DNA of 56,479 nt, from positions 1 through 56,479 of the IMG/VR virus record IMGVR_UViG_3300010160_000055; one strand, given 5' to 3'. The first letter of the stretch is position 1, and each line of letters starts with the position of its first letter. The stretch is from a virus (taxonomy: Duplodnaviria; Caudoviricetes). Both the position numbers and the translations under genes were made by a program. Under the pieces are notes generated by a model, which worked only from the letters and a program-made list of their open reading frames with translations, was not told the DNA's origin and ran no database searches. Positions 1 through 10,207 of the stretch are shown here, piece after piece.

Positions 1-1524
1 GATAGGTATTACCGTAATAAGTCGATGTTATTTGAGATCCACTATTAAATATAATAGACCCTGTTATTGTTTGATTCCCTCTAAAAGTACTTGGCCCTAT
101 TACCTCTAAAGAACCTGTTATTTGAGCTGATCCTGTATATGGGAAAGGTGATACATATCCTGATAAATAAGATGCTGTTAAAGCATTTATTGCCCAAGAA
201 GCTGTTCCAAATAAAGAACCTGTTATTCCTTAGTAACTGTTAGTGATCCGGTTATAATTGCTGAGCCTGATATGTCTAGTTTTGCATTTGGGGTTGTTGT
301 TCCAATACCTACGTTACCTTTTAAAGCTGTAGTTATAATTGAATCATTTCCTAATGTTACTGTATTTGAACCTATACCACTTGCTTCATGTCCAATAACA
401 ATTTGGTTTGTTTGTGCATCTGCAAGAGGTATTGCAAAGTTTCCTACAAACACAGAATTTTCAGTATTTGTTACGTTTGCACTTAATGAGGTTTGTCTAC
501 CGGCGCTATGCCCTAAAGCTACGTTGTAACTTCCTGTTAAATTTGTGTATAAAGCAAATGTTCCTAAACCTACATTATAGTTCCCTAAAGTATTGGCTCT
601 TGACACCTCTAGGCCTATTGCAGTATTATAACTTCCTGAGGTGTTTAAGAATAAGGTTTCAGCACCGAATGCAGTATTTCTTGTACCTGCAGTATTTGAG
701 TAAAGTGTAGAGGTTCCTACTGCAGTATTATAACTTCCCACTGCATTATTATATAGAGATAAACTTCCTATAGCTATATTGTAAGATCCTCCTGCATTTT
801 TAAACAGAGGTCCTAAGCCTATTCCTATGTTTCTATCACCTGAAAAAGGTATAGCAGTAGAACCTTGCATAGCTTGGTATCCTATACCTACGTTATATGA
901 TCCTGATTGTTGATTGGATAGTGCAAAGTATCCTAAAGCTACTGAACCCGTTACACCACTTCCTGAGGTGTTATTCATAGCAGCGTATCCTATAGCTGTA
1001 TTAATTCTAGTTTGAGTTGCTCTTCTTAAGGCATAAGGTCCTATTGCTGTGGATGCTCCTGCTCCTGAAGATGCTGGATCTAAGCTCTCTAATGCATTCT
1101 TCCCAAATGCTTCGTTGTCTAATAGTGGGTTAAAACCAGGGTTACTGATATTTCCGTTATCGTAAACTCTAAAACTACCTGTTCCTAAGGCATTAGATGT
1201 TAAAAACGATAAACTACCTGAAGTGTTACCACTTCCTAGTATTTGAAGTTTTGCACTTGGAGCTGTTGTTCCTATACCTACACTAGTTCCATTATCATAA
1301 ATGGTTGAATTTCCTAATGTGTTATCTCCTGTAAATTTAGAAACATAGTTTGTAGTTCCTAGTATGTTTGTTGAGTATGAGCTTGTTAATGCATAAGAAG
1401 CACTTAATGCTTGAGTAGCATATGACCCTGTGCCATTAAAAGAACCAGAAAAGGATCCTGTAAAAGATCCTGTCAGATTAACCTTTATTTGCTTTCCTTG
1501 TATTAAGTTTAGGTTCTGTGCCAT
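1..1524 (-). CDS. Tail fibre / adhesin-like protein, runs off the left edge; apparent 1-nt frameshift at ~231
   Basis: GIGTT(A/T)P motifs, ~18-aa (G)SYNxAxGxxALxxN repeats and ITGSL motifs. Restoring one base at 231/232 (ACT[C]AA) continues the frame as TQGITGSLFGTASWA... to the window edge. Confidence 0.75.
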
Positions 1525-1529
1525 ATTTC

Positions 1530-2764
1530 CTAGCTAAATTTTCCTACTATTATTATTTGATCTGAACTATCAAGAGTAAATCCTAAATCATTAAACGTAG
1601 TCGTTATGTTTGCTCCTGATTGAATTGTTGTTCTATTTTCCTTAGGTATTAATATACCGTTTATATACACTTGGAAGTCTCCTTCATCCAGGGCTGGGAA
1701 TCCAGTTGGTGGAGATGGTATTGTATGGGTGTTAAATGTAGCAACTAATCCTACTATTGAATCTGCTAATGCTGTGTTCGACATTCCTACGTATGCTATT
1801 TCTGCTGCTGTCATTCCTGCTGTTCCTGTTCCACCTGATCCTCCACTATTTACTCCTGTAAGAGCTGTATCAAAGAAACGAGTTGGTGCTGCTTTGGCCG
1901 GTGTACCTGCTTTAGCGTTTAACATCTCAGAAGATCCTGCCATTTCTATTCCAAACTTTACTGCTGCTTTTGAAAAGAATTTATTTGGATTACCAACTGA
2001 TGTATTGATTCCATCCGATACAATATATCCTGCCATTTTAATTTGAAAAGTCGTCTTAACTGTACGATCTCCTCCATCTATAAGCTCAGTTGTTGTATTA
2101 TAGTTATCAATTGAAGCTCTAAACTTAAACCTTTCTGGATCTCCCCAATAAGAATCTGATGCAAAGTTTACAGATTCGACAATTTTATTCATTTGTTCTA
2201 CATATTCTGTAAAAATAACACACGTATAAACTATGTTTATGTAATCTGGCATGATTACTCCGTAGTATTCTTTGACTGGAATTCTGTTGTTTAAAGTAGA
2301 AAAGTGGTCATATACGTTTTTTTGTGAGTATTTTTTTTGAAAAACTCCAAAATGTACTGGATTATTTGCATCCATTTTATTACCTAGAGTTCTGTCTTTT
2401 TCTATAGAATCTCTCTTAACCATAATTAACGGAGTCTGAATTTTGCCGTTGTTATCTCGGTAAAATCCATCCTTTTGCATTGCTGCCCATCTTTCAGGTG
2501 ATCCATAAAGAACTGGTACGTTTATTTTTTACTGTTTTGTATTACTGAAGGTCTGATTACGTTATTAAAGTAGTAGAAGATTGATTCATCTACGTCTTTT
2601 AACCCTACTTGAAACTGTTTTACGTCGTCTCCCTTTAGTGATTTTTGATTCTCTCTTCGTTTATTAGCAGGTACAGGTCCTTTACCTTGATTCAAATAAG
2701 GTGTGATTGTCTCTTGGGACAACTCAACTTGTGATTTCGGTATAGGTTTTCTTGTTAATGCCAT
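1530..2764 (-). CDS. gp15: Tail terminator / sheath-stabiliser (T4 gp15-like) with a C-terminal extension; split by a 1-nt frameshift at ~2525-2530
   Basis: ORFs 2522..2764 and 1530..2480 join through INVPVLYGSPERW if one base is added in the A6 run. Follows gp13/gp14-like genes. Confidence 0.65.
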
Positions 2765-3252
2765 TAAATTCTTTGTTTAAGTATTCCTACTTTATCTGCT
2801 CTTGTTAAGTGACAAATACAGATAATAGATAATGTTCCTCCAAAATCTGGTCCGTAATTGGTCATAGCATAATGCTCATCTTTACCTAAGAATAGCTGGT
2901 TCTCTGTAGTGTTATCTACTTCGTAGTAATCTTCATTCCACTGTACAATATCACCTACCTCAGGGAAAGTATTTGTGTCTACTAGATCCTGTCTTAAAAA
3001 TTTAAAACTTACAGATCTTATTGAATCTGGACCGAAATCATCTACTGTTGTTTGTTGATCTCCTCTATCTATAAGACAGTTTAACTTTACTGCTGACCAG
3101 TATACTTTTTCTTGAGCTTCTCCGTAAATGTTTGTTTGAGTTTGTTCCAAAGACATTTTATAAAAAAGAACTTCCTGCTCTATTACGTCAGAAAGTAATT
3201 CTCTATTTATTCCTACTAGGAGTTTAAAATCATTTTGGCTTCCAAATATCAT
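2764..3252 (-). CDS. gp14: Neck/head-closure protein (gp14-like)
   Basis: NIYGE and PEVGDIV..YYEV motifs; position between gp13-like and gp15-like genes. Confidence 0.6.
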   Translation of the reverse strand: MIFGSQNDFKLLVGINRELLSDVIEQEVLFYKMSLEQTQTNIYGEAQEKVYWSAVKLNCLIDRGDQQTTVDDFGPDSIRSVSFKFLRQDLVDTNTFPEVGDIVQWNEDYYEVDNTTENQLFLGKDEHYAMTNYGPDFGGTLSIICICHLTRADKVGILKQRI

Positions 3253-3557
3253 TAATCTATTTTTTCAATTGATTTTAAAGAAAGCTCTACTTTCTTAATA
3301 TTAGGTACTAATTTAAAAGTATCTTTTTTTAATTTCTCAAATACAACTGTACCTGGCTTTGCTGTTAATATTTTTACTTTTAGTATAACTACATTTGTAT
3401 CTTCATTTGAATCAATTGCAGTCACTCTTGTAACACCTAGCATAGCTCTTACGAAATCGGCTACTTCTGAAGCTGTGATTTCTTCTGTATGCCCTACCCG
3501 TACCAGTCCCTGGTACATTGAAAAAGTTACTTCATTAATTAAATTTTTTATTTTCAT
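3252..3557 (-). CDS. Hypothetical protein with an MKIKNLINE leader (candidate internal head protein)
   Basis: ORF coupled to neighbours by TAATG overlaps; leader ends in I-N-E. Confidence 0.6.
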   Translation of the reverse strand: MKIKNLINEVTFSMYQGLVRVGHTEEITASEVADFVRAMLGVTRVTAIDSNEDTNVVILKVKILTAKPGTVVFEKLKKDTFKLVPNIKKVELSLKSIEKID

Positions 3558-4714
3558 TATCCTACAAATATTACCATTGGAACTTGTTTTAAAGTATCTT
3601 GCAAAAATCCAGCCTCTTGAGATTTTCTTTCCAATTGACTTACCTTTGATGTTTTTTCTAATACATCTCTTAAATTAGTAATTAATGCTTCTTTCTCCGA
3701 TCTAGCATCTGCTAATAAGTCTGCTTGATTTAATGTAGCTTCTGAACCTGGTACCGGTACTGTTGTATACTTACCTCTTACATAAGCTAAAAGTTCTTTC
3801 GAAAGAGCAAGTGCGTACTTGTATATCCACTGTCTTCCTGTAGCGTTTATATTTGCATAAGTTGGATTTTCGTACGGTACATTTGAGATATTTGAAATTG
3901 CTGATGATCCTCCTGCTGTATTTGCTGAATCGTCTAATAGTTGTTTGTCTGTTAGCTTATAGTATTCAAACCAGATTAACCCAGTTGTCTTAGGTGTTGG
4001 AAACAATCTTAATTTATTATCATGAATTTCAAAAGAATATGCTGACTTTCTTACTTGGTCGTTAAATTCAATTGCTTGTACTTTTAATAAGTCGTAAGAA
4101 ATTGGCATTAATAAAAAGTTTACCCCTGGTGAGAATGATCCAAAATCAAATGCATCCATTAAAGATTGAATACCTGTACCTGTTCCTGCATATGGGTCAA
4201 AGTATCTCATAATAGCCGGAGGTGCTTCGTAGTATACTTTTCTTATTTCTATACCTCCTGTTATTCCTTGATCTATTGCCCACTGTTTTAAATCATACTC
4301 TTGCAAACTTGAAGTAACCATTATAGACCCTTTGTTAAGAGTTACATTTCCTCCTACACCGGCTTCTGTTCCGTATGCTGATGTTATCCTGATAATATTT
4401 TGAAGGCTTGGTGTGGATACTGTACTGTTTAACGCATTGGCTGTACTACCTCCTTCTAATGAAATATAATTTTGAACTGCTAGTGCTTGGTAGACTTCAT
4501 TCCCATAAGTAGTAACTGCTTCTTCAAAGCAAGCAAAAAACGATCCTGAGTTTAATTCAACATCCATTAACGGATATCCTAGACGTATAGCGCAGAAATT
4601 AGCTACTTTTGGTGCTTCTTCTTGAAAATCTAAATCATCATCATAGAATCCAAACGGGGTTGATTGCCCTGCTGTGAATGTTGCTGTTCCATTCCATATT
4701 TGTATATTAGCCAT
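3557..4714 (-). CDS. gp13: Neck protein (gp13-like head-tail adaptor)
   Basis: RLGYPLMDVEL near the N-terminus; WIYKYALAL..E.L..VRGKY...LN near the C-terminus. Confidence 0.75.
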   Translation of the reverse strand: MANIQIWNGTATFTAGQSTPFGFYDDDLDFQEEAPKVANFCAIRLGYPLMDVELNSGSFFACFEEAVTTYGNEVYQALAVQNYISLEGGSTANALNSTVSTPSLQNIIRITSAYGTEAGVGGNVTLNKGSIMVTSSLQEYDLKQWAIDQGITGGIEIRKVYYEAPPAIMRYFDPYAGTGTGIQSLMDAFDFGSFSPGVNFLLMPISYDLLKVQAIEFNDQVRKSAYSFEIHDNKLRLFPTPKTTGLIWFEYYKLTDKQLLDDSANTAGGSSAISNISNVPYENPTYANINATGRQWIYKYALALSKELLAYVRGKYTTVPVPGSEATLNQADLLADARSEKEALITNLRDVLEKTSKVSQLERKSQEAGFLQDTLKQVPMVIFVG

Positions 4715-4725
4715 CTAGTACTCTT

Positions 4726-5148
4726 TTATGTAGTTGCTATTAAATACTCTATTTTTGCACTTGAGCCAGAAGGTTCTACTTTTATTGATCGTATAGTATC
4801 GTATGCAAAATTTGTTAAACTTCCTGTCATAAGTCCTGTGCTAAGAAAAAATGTTCCTCCACCGCTTATAAGCAAGTTTGCAGTACTTCTAGATGAAGAT
4901 ATCTGCAGATTTACATTTGAACCTGTAGTCATATTTGTAATTCTAATATACTTTGTGCTACTAGATACAAAAGCTCCTGCACCTGGTAAATTAGAAAGGC
5001 TAAATAATTCTGTAGTACTTCCTGTAGGTACATTTACTATTCTCTCATCTACATATTCTATATTAGGTATAGTAAATGAATAAGAAGTACCTCTTTCTTT
5101 ACCCTCAATTTTAACTCTTTCTTTTATATAGTATGTAAAATCTGCCAT
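4726..5148 (-). CDS. Hypothetical beta-rich virion protein
   Basis: 140-aa ORF with the late motif 17 nt upstream. Confidence 0.6.
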   Translation of the reverse strand: MADFTYYIKERVKIEGKERGTSYSFTIPNIEYVDERIVNVPTGSTTELFSLSNLPGAGAFVSSSTKYIRITNMTTGSNVNLQISSSRSTANLLISGGGTFFLSTGLMTGSLTNFAYDTIRSIKVEPSGSSAKIEYLIATT

Positions 5149-5183
5149 TTGAATTAGTTTTATTTATAAATAGCAGTTTTTTA

Positions 5184-5870
5184 TCAATCTCTAAAGTCCT
5201 GGTATACTTTTAAAATAGGGGATACAATATCGTGTCTGTGGTTAGCTTTTAATGCAAATATCCTAAATCCTTTTACTTGCTCCTCAACTCTTGTAAGAAA
5301 AGAAAACCCTGTTTCTTTTTTTACTTTTAAATCTATTTGAGCCAAATCCCCGCATATTACCATTTTAGATCCTCTTCCTAGTCTTCCCAGTACTGTCTCC
5401 ATTTGATCTTGAGTTACGTTTTGTGCCTCATCCACAATTACAAAAGAGTTAACAAACGTTCTACCTCTCATAAATGCAAAAGGAACTATTTCAATATTAC
5501 CATGCTCTAATTCTTTATCTACTTTTTCTTTACCATAAAGCATATATAAGTTATGATAGATTGGTGCTAACCAAGGGTCCATCTTTTCCTTTAAATCGCC
5601 CGGTAGGAAGCCTAGTTCTTCTTTAGCTACGGTAGGCCTTGTGATAACAATCTTCTCTACTTCTTTACAGAATAACATATCAAGGGCAGCTTGTACTGCT
5701 ACTAACGTCTTTCCTGAACCTGCCATTCCTTTTAGGACGACTACTGGGTTTTCAATGATAAGTGCTTTTGCTAATTTTTGTTCTTCATTAAGTTGGAGTT
5801 GAAACTTAATTGGGTTTTTCGGTTTTCTCTTTGGAGTAAAAACCTCATCGGTGTGATGGTTAGAAGCCAT
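5184..5870 (-). CDS. phoH: PhoH-family ATPase
   Basis: GMAGSGKT Walker A, LGFLPGDL, FMRGRTF, IVDEAQN, GDLAQID and RH motifs. Confidence 0.95.
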   Translation of the reverse strand: MASNHHTDEVFTPKRKPKNPIKFQLQLNEEQKLAKALIIENPVVVLKGMAGSGKTLVAVQAALDMLFCKEVEKIVITRPTVAKEELGFLPGDLKEKMDPWLAPIYHNLYMLYGKEKVDKELEHGNIEIVPFAFMRGRTFVNSFVIVDEAQNVTQDQMETVLGRLGRGSKMVICGDLAQIDLKVKKETGFSFLTRVEEQVKGFRIFALKANHRHDIVSPILKVYQDFRD

Positions 5871-5905
5871 AAATATAAACTGTATTTGTTTCTAATAAAT
5901 ATACG

Positions 5906-5930
5906 AAAAAAGCCTAGTGGATACTAGGCT
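5906..5930 (-). terminator. Intrinsic terminator
   Basis: AGCCTAGT-ggat-ACTAGGCT stem followed by a U-tract on the minus strand. Confidence 0.8.
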
Positions 5931-5962
5931 CTTTATTATTTATTTTTATTTATTTTAAAATT

Positions 5963-6826
5963 TTAAGTAAAATTAACAGTAAGGGCTGATGGTACTTGTG
6001 ATGCTCCGTTTACTCCAACTCCTGTATTACCTACCAGTGTTATATTGTATGGTGTAGTTTTCTCTATTCGGTAAACATTTCCGTTTGAATTCATAGCGTA
6101 TATGTTACTGTTTTCGATATAAAGTCCATATGGGTTATTAACTGTACCGCCAATGTTAATATCAACCTCTACAGTTCCAGTAGGGTAGCTAAATTGGGTC
6201 GCGTACGTAACGCCAAGTGCAGTATTTGTAGTAATTACCTTGTTGGTTGTTGTTAAAAGTAAATCACCGGCAATATACCTATTGTTCCCGCCTACTACAA
6301 GGTCAAATTTATAAGTAGAAGTTGCAGGATTATTTGTTATATCTAATGTTACTACAGTGTTTGGAGTAACATCTACATTAGTTGTAATTAAAGTTGTATC
6401 ATTAATAGCACCTAACCCTGCTCCTATGGTATGTGGTGTATTTATTAATCTACTAAATGTAGCAGTGAACGGACTTAGTGTTATATTCCACTCTGAAATT
6501 ACAGCACCTGCATTTGTCCATAATTTAGTCTGTGTATGGGCTATGTCTGCCGTATAGATGTAGGTTGAATTTGGTATACTTAACTGTGTGGATGTATTAG
6601 CGCTTGTATTGTATGTGAAGATACGTTTATCACTAGTATTAAATAGGACTGAGGCTTCTACTAGATCTGGTCCTGCTGTAAGTGATCGTCCTTTATTTTG
6701 ATGAATAATCCAATCGTTTAACTCTGTTAAATACTTATAATAATGCTCCATTTGCTGGTTTTCGTTTAGATTTCTCATTGAATCTAAAGTTCTAAACTGC
6801 TGCCAAGTTAATTCTCCTGTACTCAT
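5963..6826 (-). CDS. Putative capsid decoration protein (short helical N-module plus beta-propeller-like domain)
   Basis: Own late motif and terminator directly after the capsid gene; Thr/Asn-rich repeated beta-strand pattern. Confidence 0.5.
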   Translation of the reverse strand: MSTGELTWQQFRTLDSMRNLNENQQMEHYYKYLTELNDWIIHQNKGRSLTAGPDLVEASVLFNTSDKRIFTYNTSANTSTQLSIPNSTYIYTADIAHTQTKLWTNAGAVISEWNITLSPFTATFSRLINTPHTIGAGLGAINDTTLITTNVDVTPNTVVTLDITNNPATSTYKFDLVVGGNNRYIAGDLLLTTTNKVITTNTALGVTYATQFSYPTGTVEVDINIGGTVNNPYGLYIENSNIYAMNSNGNVYRIEKTTPYNITLVGNTGVGVNGASQVPSALTVNFT

Positions 6827-6863
6827 ACCTTTTATTTTATATAAATATAGGAACTTTTTTTAT

Positions 6864-6892
6864 AAAAAAAAAGAGAGCTAAAAGCTCTCTTT
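6864..6892 (-). terminator. Intrinsic terminator after the major capsid gene
   Basis: AAGAGAGC-taaaa-GCTCTCTT stem with a long U-tract. Confidence 0.85.
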
Positions 6893-6913
6893 AATTTTCT
6901 ATTCTAAGTCAGA

Positions 6914-8542
6914 TTACACTGTTGTTAAGTCTGAGATAAAGATTTTACCATAGAATTCTGGTCTGATCATTTTCTTAGCATAACGAGTCATGATACCTTT
7001 TCTTGGAGTGAAGGTAGCTGGATCGTATACTAATGGAGTCATGATTAATGGAATGTATGGAGCATAAACTGCACCTGTTTCCAAGAATTGAGATCCTCTG
7101 TATCCTAACAATACAACGTTTTCAGTCATGTAAGGGTTTTTATAAACTCTGAAACGAGAATTTAAATTTCCTACTTTTTGAACTCCCATTGCAAAGTCTA
7201 GTTTATCACCGTTTGTTTCTGCTGCATATCCAGGAATTGATTCTAAGATTGTAGCTACAGAAGGAGAACATACTAAGAAGTTAGCTCCACCTCTTAAAGT
7301 TTTTTGGTGAATTTTGTTAGATACTTTTTGTACTTTAGTACCTAAAGTTCCAAACCATTGACCTTGAGTGTTGTAGTAAGCTGATGCTGTAGTAGACCAG
7401 TTAGTACCTGTCCAAGTTTTGTTGTTAGCTGCTGACCATCTTTCAGTTGTAGCTGCATCTTGAATCAACATATCCATTAACTCTAAGTCAATCTCCATAG
7501 AGATGTACTCTGATAATAATGAAGTTAATTCTGCTTCAGCGTCAATTGAGTGGTAAGCATTCAAATCTTGTGCGAACTCTGGAGTCCATTGTGCTTTTAA
7601 TTTTCTTGTTTTAGCAACGATTGCTTCAGAAGCAAGAGTAACGTTAATTTCTGGGATAGAAATTGGAGAGTTAGTTGTGTTGTCCTCGAAGTCACCTCTT
7701 GAGTTATCAGCTGGTTGTTTTTGGTATTTAACTTGTGCTGTGAATGAACCAGTTGTTACTGCTGAGATACCGTTAGTTGTATCACCAGCTTTTGCTACTA
7801 CGAATACAACGTAAGCACCTGCTGCAGATTGAGATACGAATGTAAATTCTGGGTTAGTTGTTACGTTTATAGAAGCTGATTGTAATCTGAATGCTCTTAC
7901 ACCTTCCAAGTCTGCTCCTGATAAAGAAGAAGTTTGAACTGCCATAGTAAAGTAGTTAGCTAAAGCAAGATCTTGGTTATATCCAATTGAAGCAGATACT
8001 GCTGATCCTGAAGTAGTTAATACACCTGCATAAGAAGCAGAGTTAATTGAGTATCCAAATTGACCTGCACCGTATAAACCTCCGTTTACATCTTCGTCTA
8101 CTGACATTTTATTGTTAGCGTCAGATAGGTTACCGTATAAACTATCGTTTAAAGTTCTACCGTTTGTAGAAGTACCGTATTTAAAGTCTAAGTAAAATAC
8201 AAGACCTGAAGGTAAGTTCATTGGTTGTACAGAAACGAAGTCTTTAGCAGCGATTTGAGCGAATACTTTACGTACTAATGGTAAAGCTACTCCAGCCCAT
8301 TGCTCAGCACCTGTTCCACCTGCACCGTTTGTTGTTCCAATTGCTCCAGTACCTGTTTGAGAAGCCTCAGATACGATTTGTTTTGCTTGATTCTCAAGAA
8401 TCATAGCCATGTTGTTTCTTTCGATTTCGTTAGAAATACCTTCTAACAAACCTGATTTGGCCCATTTACCAGACAAACGAGCAGCATCTGCTTGTAAAGT
8501 CTTGTAATTGCTAGCCCCTTCGAATAATTGATTTAATTCCAT
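6914..8542 (-). CDS. gp23: Major capsid protein (T4 gp23-like)
   Basis: VQPMNLPSGLVFYL, AKTRKLKAQWTPEFAQDLNAYH, YAPYIPL and FTPRKGIMTRYA motifs. Confidence 0.97.
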   Translation of the reverse strand: MELNQLFEGASNYKTLQADAARLSGKWAKSGLLEGISNEIERNNMAMILENQAKQIVSEASQTGTGAIGTTNGAGGTGAEQWAGVALPLVRKVFAQIAAKDFVSVQPMNLPSGLVFYLDFKYGTSTNGRTLNDSLYGNLSDANNKMSVDEDVNGGLYGAGQFGYSINSASYAGVLTTSGSAVSASIGYNQDLALANYFTMAVQTSSLSGADLEGVRAFRLQSASINVTTNPEFTFVSQSAAGAYVVFVVAKAGDTTNGISAVTTGSFTAQVKYQKQPADNSRGDFEDNTTNSPISIPEINVTLASEAIVAKTRKLKAQWTPEFAQDLNAYHSIDAEAELTSLLSEYISMEIDLELMDMLIQDAATTERWSAANNKTWTGTNWSTTASAYYNTQGQWFGTLGTKVQKVSNKIHQKTLRGGANFLVCSPSVATILESIPGYAAETNGDKLDFAMGVQKVGNLNSRFRVYKNPYMTENVVLLGYRGSQFLETGAVYAPYIPLIMTPLVYDPATFTPRKGIMTRYAKKMIRPEFYGKIFISDLTTV

Positions 8543-8568
8543 TGTGGTTTTTGTTTTTTTATTTTCTA

Positions 8569-10032
8569 TTATTTAATGATTCCTGCTAACTTCTGCCATC
8601 TAGATACTTGCTCAGATACTTCTGATAGGATTTCTTTTGGTGCAGTTGTTTGTGCGTTACCTGTTGCTTTAGAAGCAAAAGATCTGTGCTCTTTGATTGC
8701 AGCTGGTTTAGCAACTACATTTTTAGAAACTGTTTCGAAAACTAATTTTACTTCTTTAACTGTTTCTGCTTTGTCAAAAGCTGCGATAACGTTTACTTTT
8801 TGACCTTCAGATAAGTTGTTTGCTTTAAATACTTTATTTACATAAAGTAATTTTGCATTTATAAGGTTAACTTCTTGAAGTTGGTTTCTTAAAATTTTAA
8901 CTGCTTTTAAAGCTTCGTTTAATTCCTCAGACTCTTCAGATACGTTTCTTGCTCCTGCTGCGGCATTACCAATATCGGTTAATTTATCTCCGATTTTTTT
9001 TCCTGCTGCACCGAAAGCACCGTCTTTAGCCATTTGGTGTACTTTAGCCATAATTGCTGATAATCCGAAAATTCCAGCTGAACCTAAAGCTCCAACAACT
9101 AATTGTGCGGTGTTGTTGTTTAAGAATGGGAAAGCATCAATAAGTTGGTAGATAATATCGATGTTTTCATCCATATTGTCAACTTCTTCATTTACTGCTT
9201 CAACTCCTTCTCTGTTTTGGGTAACTCTGGCTGCTGTTCCTCCGGCTTTTTGTAGTTTTTCAGCAAAAGATTTAGCTCCACTTCCAAATTTTCCAGCTAG
9301 AGCCATATCCATTACTTTAGCAACAACTGCAGAAAATGCTGTAAGACCTGCTGCGCCAAATGCTCCTATAACTAGTGATGCGCTTGACATGGTTAAGAAT
9401 GGGAACATTTCAACAAGCTGTTTAGCTCCTTCGATATACTCCGGTCCCATTTCGTTTAATTCACCTTCTTCCATGTACCCGTCGTTTGCACCTTTTTTGT
9501 CTAAATCTTTTGGATTTTTACTGTAAGATGTTTCATCCATACCTTCTAATTCTGCTAATAATTCGTTAATGTCGATCTCTTCAGAATCATCCATACTTGT
9601 CAAGTCGTCTCCTTCTGGAGCTTCTTCACCTGCTTCGATTTCTTCTTCGTGACCTACTTCTTGTGCAACGATGTCTTTAATAAGGTTTTTTAAATCTTCA
9701 ACAGACATGTCTTCAATTTCTAATTCCTCTTCTTCTTCGTTACCTTCTTCTTCTCCTTCTTCTTCAGCAGGAGTTTCTTCTTCCTCTTCTTCGTTTAAAT
9801 CTCCAATATTACCGTGCTTTGCTGGATCTTCAGAATAATCTTCTGATCCTGCTTGGTTTAATGTAGCTTCATCCATTTCATCCTCTTCCATTTCCTGTAG
9901 CTTTTGAGCTAACATTTCTTTTAGATGTGGAGTCAATGTTTCTTCTAAAGCTTCCTTAGCATTGGTAATTGCAGCTTCACGAATAGTTTTAGCTTCTGCA
10001 ATTGCTTGCTTAAATAAATCTTTGTTTGACAT
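8569..10032 (-). CDS. Prohead core scaffold (gp22-like) with two internal hydrophobic repeats
   Basis: Acidic coiled-coil protein just upstream of the capsid gene; many L/V/M-x-E sites; ends RWQKLAGI. Confidence 0.8.
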   Translation of the reverse strand: MSNKDLFKQAIAEAKTIREAAITNAKEALEETLTPHLKEMLAQKLQEMEEDEMDEATLNQAGSEDYSEDPAKHGNIGDLNEEEEEETPAEEEGEEEGNEEEEELEIEDMSVEDLKNLIKDIVAQEVGHEEEIEAGEEAPEGDDLTSMDDSEEIDINELLAELEGMDETSYSKNPKDLDKKGANDGYMEEGELNEMGPEYIEGAKQLVEMFPFLTMSSASLVIGAFGAAGLTAFSAVVAKVMDMALAGKFGSGAKSFAEKLQKAGGTAARVTQNREGVEAVNEEVDNMDENIDIIYQLIDAFPFLNNNTAQLVVGALGSAGIFGLSAIMAKVHQMAKDGAFGAAGKKIGDKLTDIGNAAAGARNVSEESEELNEALKAVKILRNQLQEVNLINAKLLYVNKVFKANNLSEGQKVNVIAAFDKAETVKEVKLVFETVSKNVVAKPAAIKEHRSFASKATGNAQTTAPKEILSEVSEQVSRWQKLAGIIK

Positions 10033-10054
10033 TTTAATTTGTGTTTGTTTGTCG

Positions 10055-10122
10055 TACGCTTATTAAGTAGTAGCGTAATAGTGTTTTACTTTGTAGTAGA
10101 TATCACATAAGGGTCGTGATAT
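10055..10122 (-). promoter_or_regulatory. Structured 5' leader of the scaffold-capsid transcript (two hairpins)
   Basis: Stems ATATCAC/GTGATAT (10100-10122) and TACGCT/AGCGTA (10055-10077) lie between the late motif at 10131 and the ATG at 10032. Confidence 0.55.
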
Positions 10123-10130
10123 ATTCTAAA

Positions 10131-10137
10131 ATAAATA
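10131..10137 (-). promoter_or_regulatory. Putative late promoter TATTTAT (representative copy)
   Basis: The same heptamer is at 5166, 5895, 6841, 13470, 15359, 16964, 18326, 23163, 28043, 32343, 38889, 40241, 49258, 51611, 55724 and 55988, mostly 14-27 nt before an ATG. Confidence 0.7.
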
Positions 10138-10157
10138 TACATATATTTTCAAAACAT

Positions 10158-10184
10158 AAAAAACCCACCTTTTTAGGGGTGGGT
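10158..10184 (-). terminator. Intrinsic terminator
   Basis: ACCCACC...GGTGGGT stem plus U-tract; near-identical to 16980-17005. Confidence 0.8.
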
Positions 10185-10207
10185 GTGTTGTTTTTTATAT
10201 GTTCTGC

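Noticed and set aside
2520-2535. Programmed -1 frameshift in the gp15-like gene
   Set aside because: The A6 run is not a convincing slippery heptamer with a stimulatory structure. A single missing base, as at 231 and 46098, explains it.
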